Under the pieces are notes generated by a model that was not told the origin of the DNA, ran no database searches, and saw only the letters and a list, made by a program, of their open reading frames with translations. Positions 59,868-64,000 of a stretch of DNA of 64,000 bases are shown here, piece by piece. Origin of the DNA: Squalus acanthias (Eukaryota); assembly GCA_030390025.1 (NCBI GenBank), contig JASTWF010000088.1, positions 1-64,000 on the forward strand. Reading direction: 5' to 3'. The position numbers were made by a program, and so were the translations under genes. The stretch's first letter is position 1. Each line of letters starts with the position of its first letter.

Positions 59868-62110
59868 CGGGCCCCGACCCGGTGAATGGTCTCCGGGGTT
59901 TGAGCCGGGATCGCACCCAGTGAATGGGGCCTGGGGTTTGAGCCGGGCCCGCACCCAGTGAATGGAGCCTGGGGTTTGAGCCGGGCCCACACCCAGTGAA
60001 TGGTCTCCGGGGTTTGAGCCGGGATCGCACCCAGTGAATGGGGCCTGGGGTTTGAGCCGGGCCCGCACCCAGTGAATGGAGCCTGGGGTTTGAGCCGGGC
60101 CCACACCCAGTGAATGGTCTCTGGGGTTTGAGCCGGGCCCACACCCAGTGAATGGTCTCTGGGGTTTGAGCCGGGCCCGCACCCAGTGAATGGAGCCTGG
60201 GGTTTGAGCCGGGATCGCACCCGGTGAATTGTCTCTGGGGTTTGAGCCGGGCCCACACCCAGTGAATGGTCTCTGGGGTTTGAGCCGGGCCCACACCCAG
60301 TGAATGGAGCCTGGGGTTTGAGCCGGGCCCGCACCCAGTGAATGGAGCCTGGGGTTTGAGCCGGGATCGCACCCAGTGAATGGTCTCTGGGGTTTGAGCC
60401 GGGCCCACACCCAGTGAATGGAGCCTGGGGTTTGAGCCGGGCCCACACCCGGTGAATGGAGCCTGGGGTTTGAGCCGGGATCGCACCCAGTGAATGGTCT
60501 CTGGGGTTTGAGCCGGGCCCACACCCAGTGAATGGAGCCTGGGGTTTGAGCCGGGCCCGCACCCAGTGAATGGAGCCTGGGGTTTGAGCCGGGATCGCAC
60601 CCAGTGAATGGTCTCTCGGGTTTGAGCCGGGCCCACAGCCGGTGAATGGGGCCTGGGGTTTGAGCTGGGCCCACACCCGGTGAATGGTCTCTGGGGTTTG
60701 AGCCGGGATCGCACCCAGTGAATGGAGCCTGGGGTTTGAGCCGGGCCCGCACCCAGTGAATGGTCTCTGGGGTTTGAGCCGGGCCCACAGCCGGTGAATG
60801 GGGCCTGGGGTTTGAGCTGGGCCCACACCCAGTGAATGGAGCCTGGGGTTTGAGCCGGGATCGCACCCAGTGAATGGTCTCTCGGGTTTGAGCTGGGCCC
60901 ACACCCGGTGAATGGGGCCTGGGGTTTGAGCTGGGCCCACACCCGGTGAATGGGGCCTGGGGTTTGAGCCGGGCCCACACCCGGTGAATGGTCTCTGGGG
61001 TTTGAGCCGAGCCCGCACCCAGTGAATGGTCTCTGGGGTTTGAGCCGGGCCCACACCGTGAGTGGTCTCTGGGGTTTGAGCCGGGCCCGCACCCAGTGAA
61101 TGGAGCCTGGGGTTTGAGCCGGGCCCACACCCAGTGAATGGGGCCTGGGGTTTGAGCCGGGCCCACACCCAGTGAATGGAGCCTGGGGTTTGAGCCGGGC
61201 CCACACCCAGTGAATGGTCTCTGGGGTTTGAGCCGGGCCCACACCCGGTGAATGGGGCCTGGGGTTTGAGCCGGGATCGCACCCGGTGAATGGGGCCTGG
61301 GGTTTGAGCCGGGCCCACACCCGGTGAATGGGGCCTGGGGTTTGAGCCGGGATCGCACCCGGTGAATGGGGCCTGGGGTTTGAGCCGGGATCGCACCCGG
61401 TGAATGGGGCCTGGGGTTTGAGCCGGGCCCACACCCAGTGAATGGGGCCTGGGGTTTGAGCCGGGCCCACACCCGGTGAATGGGGCCTGGGGTTTGAGCC
61501 GGGCCCACACCCGGTGAATGGTCTCTGGGGTTTGAGCCGGGCCCACACCCGGTGAATGGAGCCTGGGGTTTGAGCCGGGCCCACACCCAGTGAATGGTCT
61601 CTGGGGTTTGAGCCGGGATCGCACCCAGTGAATGGAGCCTGGGGTTTGAGCCGGGATCGCACCCAGTGAATGGTCTCTCGGGTTTGAGCCGGGCCCACAC
61701 CCGGTGAATGGTCTCTGGGGTTTGAGCCGGGCCCGCACCCAGTGAATGGTCTCTCGGGTTTGAGCCGGGCCCACAGCCGGTGAATGGGGCCTGGGGTTTG
61801 AGCTGGGCCCACACCCGGTGAATGGGGCCTGGGGTTTGAGCCGGGCCCACACCCGGTGAATGGGGCCTGGGGTTTGAGCCGAGCCCGCACCCAGTGAATG
61901 GTCTCTCGGGTTTGAGCCGGGCCCACAGCCGGTGAATGGTCTCTGGGGTTTGAGCCGGGCCCACAGCCGGTGAATGGTCTCTGGGGTTTGAGCCGGGCCC
62001 ACAGCCGGTGAATGGTCTCTGGGGTTTGAGCCGGGCCCACAGCCGGTGAATGGTCTCTGGGGTTTGAGCTGGGCCCACAGCCGGTGAATGGGGCCTGGGG
62101 TTTGAGCTGG
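59868..62110 (+). repeat. Intron-2 minisatellite, 38-bp unit (~59 copies) (A/G)GTGAATGG(TCT/AGC/GGC)CTGGGGTTTGAGCCGGG(CCCA/CCCG/ATCG)CACCC
   Basis: TGAATGG recurs at 59883 and 59921 (38-bp period). It produces the three spurious 776-919-aa minus-strand ORFs. Confidence 0.96.
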
Positions 62111-62521
62111 GAATAACAGCATAACTTTAATCCTTTCCTCACTGTCATTTCATTTACTTTCATATCTGTATCAGCACATAGATGAGAACACATGAATGTA
62201 CAGGATGAGAAGTGACCAATTTACTCCATTAAGCCAGCCACAGAGTTCAAATAAAATGCAGAGGTCAGACTCACTACATATATCGTTCAAATTTTTTAAA
62301 AACCAACGCCATTCCAATTCGTTCTTAAAATGCTGTCAGATACTGTAATATCAGTCTCGAACCCCTCCCTGGGCAATCAATTTCAACGATTCAACACTCT
62401 GTGCAGTAGTTCTATCTGATCTGTCTATTCCCTTCTGTGTGCAGTAGTTCTATTGACATGCAAATTGGCATAATGACACACTGATTAGAGATTTAAATGT
62501 CACTGACCTAGTCTCCTCCGT

Positions 62522-63990
62522 AGATTTTCCCTCCAAGGCTGCCAACCTCATAGTCCGCCAACCCCACACAGCCTGCTTCTACCTCCTTCCCAAGATCCAC
62601 AAACAGGGCTGCCCTGGTAGACCCATCGTTTCAGCCTGTTCTTGCCCCACGGAACTTATCTCTTCCTATCTCGACTCTTTTTTCTCCCCTTGTCCAGTCT
62701 CTTCCCACCTACATCCGCGACTCTACCAATGCCCTCCGTCACTTGAACAGTTTCCTGGCCCCAACCGCCTCCTTTTCACTGGACTTCCAATCGCTCTACA
62801 CCTCCATTCCCCCACCAGGATGGCCTGAGGGCGCTCCGCTTCTTCCTTGAACAGAGGCCCAACCAGTCCTCATCCACTACCACCCTCCTCTGCCTGGCTG
62901 AACTTGTTCTCACATTGAACAACTTCTCCTTTGACTCCACACACTTCCTCCAAATTAAAGGTGTTGCTATGGGTACCTGCATGGGCCCTAGCTATGCCTG
63001 CCTTTTCATGGGATATATTATTCCAGTCCTACTCGGGTCCCCTCCCTCACCTCTTTTTCCGGTACATTGATGACTGTATCGGTGCCGTTTCCTGCTCTCG
63101 CCCTGAACTAGATAATTTAATTCACTTTGCCTCCAATTTCCACCCTTCCCTCACCTTCACATGGTCCATCTCCGACTCTTCCCTTCCCTTCCTCGACTTC
63201 TCCGTCTCCATCTCTGGGGATAGGTTATTGGCAAACATCCACTACAAGCCCACTGACTCCCACAGCTACCTGGACAACACTTCCTCCCACCCCGCCTCCT
63301 GTAAGGACTCTATTCCCTTCTCCCAGTTTCTCCGTCTCCGCCGCATCTGCTCTGACGATGCCACCTTCCATACCAGTGCTTCCGACATGTCTTCCTTTTT
63401 CCTCAACCGAGGATTCCCCTCTACTGTGGTTGACACGGCCCTCGACCGTGTCCGTTCTATTTTCCCACACTTCTGCTCTCACCCCTTCCCCTCCCTCCCG
63501 GAACCACGATAGGGTTCCCCTTGTCCTCACCTTTCACCCCACCAACCTCCACATGCAACGGATCATCCGCCGCCATTTCCGCCACCTCCAGCATGATCCC
63601 ACCACCAAACGTATCTTCCCCTCACCTCCCCTTTCAGCATTCCGAAGGGACCGCTCCCTCCGCAACACCCTGGTCCACTCCTCTACCACCCCCAGCACCC
63701 CTTCGCCCGGCACCTTCCCGTGCAAGCGCAGGAGATGCAACATCTGCCCTTTTACCTCCCTCCTTCCCACTGTCCAGGGCCCCAAGCACTCCTTCCAGGT
63801 GAAACAGCGATTTACTTGTACTTACAATTTAGTATACTGCATTCGCTGCTCACGATGCGGTCTCCTCTACACTGGGGAGACCAAACACAGATTGGATGAC
63901 CACCTGAAACGTTAACTGTCTTTCTCTCTCTACAGATGCTGTCTGACCTGCTGAGTATTTCCAGCATTTTCTGTTTTTATTTCAGATTTT
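62522..63990 (+). mobile_element. Second Penelope-like element (Neptune-like RT + GIY-YIG), frameshifted, in intron 2
   Basis: LLPKIHK..GRPIVS, GVAMG..GPSYA, FFRYIDD, HYKPTDSHSY, linker PCKRRRCNIC, NLVYCIRC..LYTGET. Ends in the GAAACGTT..CAGATGCTG terminal repeat. Possible 7-bp TSD AGATTTT (62522-62528 / 63984-63990). Confidence 0.9.
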
Positions 63991-64000
63991 GCGCTTGTAT

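Noticed and set aside
59610-59885. 91-aa single-exon ORF as a standalone gene
   Set aside because: It is exon 2 of the MHC class II alpha gene read from an internal GTG through the splice donor.
59319-62193. Three overlapping 776-919-aa minus-strand ORFs
   Set aside because: The 38-bp unit has no stop on that strand, so all three frames stay open with the same 38-aa cycle. They are antisense to the real MHC exon and intron.

Overview
Eukaryotic genomic DNA, most likely from a shark or other cartilaginous fish, judged from the MHC class II alpha sequence and the HE1-like SINE, CR1/HER1, Penelope and Harbinger repeats. 1-~32,060 is a purine/G-rich satellite of alternating blocks of a 31-bp TTAGGG-containing monomer and a 17-bp monomer, with higher-order tandem duplications of ~12.8 kb and ~2.83 kb. 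~32,060-54,000 is a nested transposon graveyard. It holds CR1 LINEs, an RTE insertion with a twin-priming-type 5' inversion, and a Penelope-like element with a minimal hammerhead ribozyme and a SINE in its YIDD motif. It also holds Harbinger transposase and Myb relics, MITEs, and a histone H2B-CR1 chimera. From ~54,050 lies the 5' half of an MHC class II alpha-chain gene on the + strand: X/X2/Y promoter boxes, leader exon 54250-54316 and alpha-1 exon 59590-59838, with minisatellite-packed introns. The alpha-2/TM exons were not found and presumably lie beyond the window. Almost all long ORFs in the supplied track are repeat or TE artefacts. I found no new protein-coding system. The unusual observations concern satellite architecture, retrotransposition chimeras and ribozyme-bearing retroelement termini.
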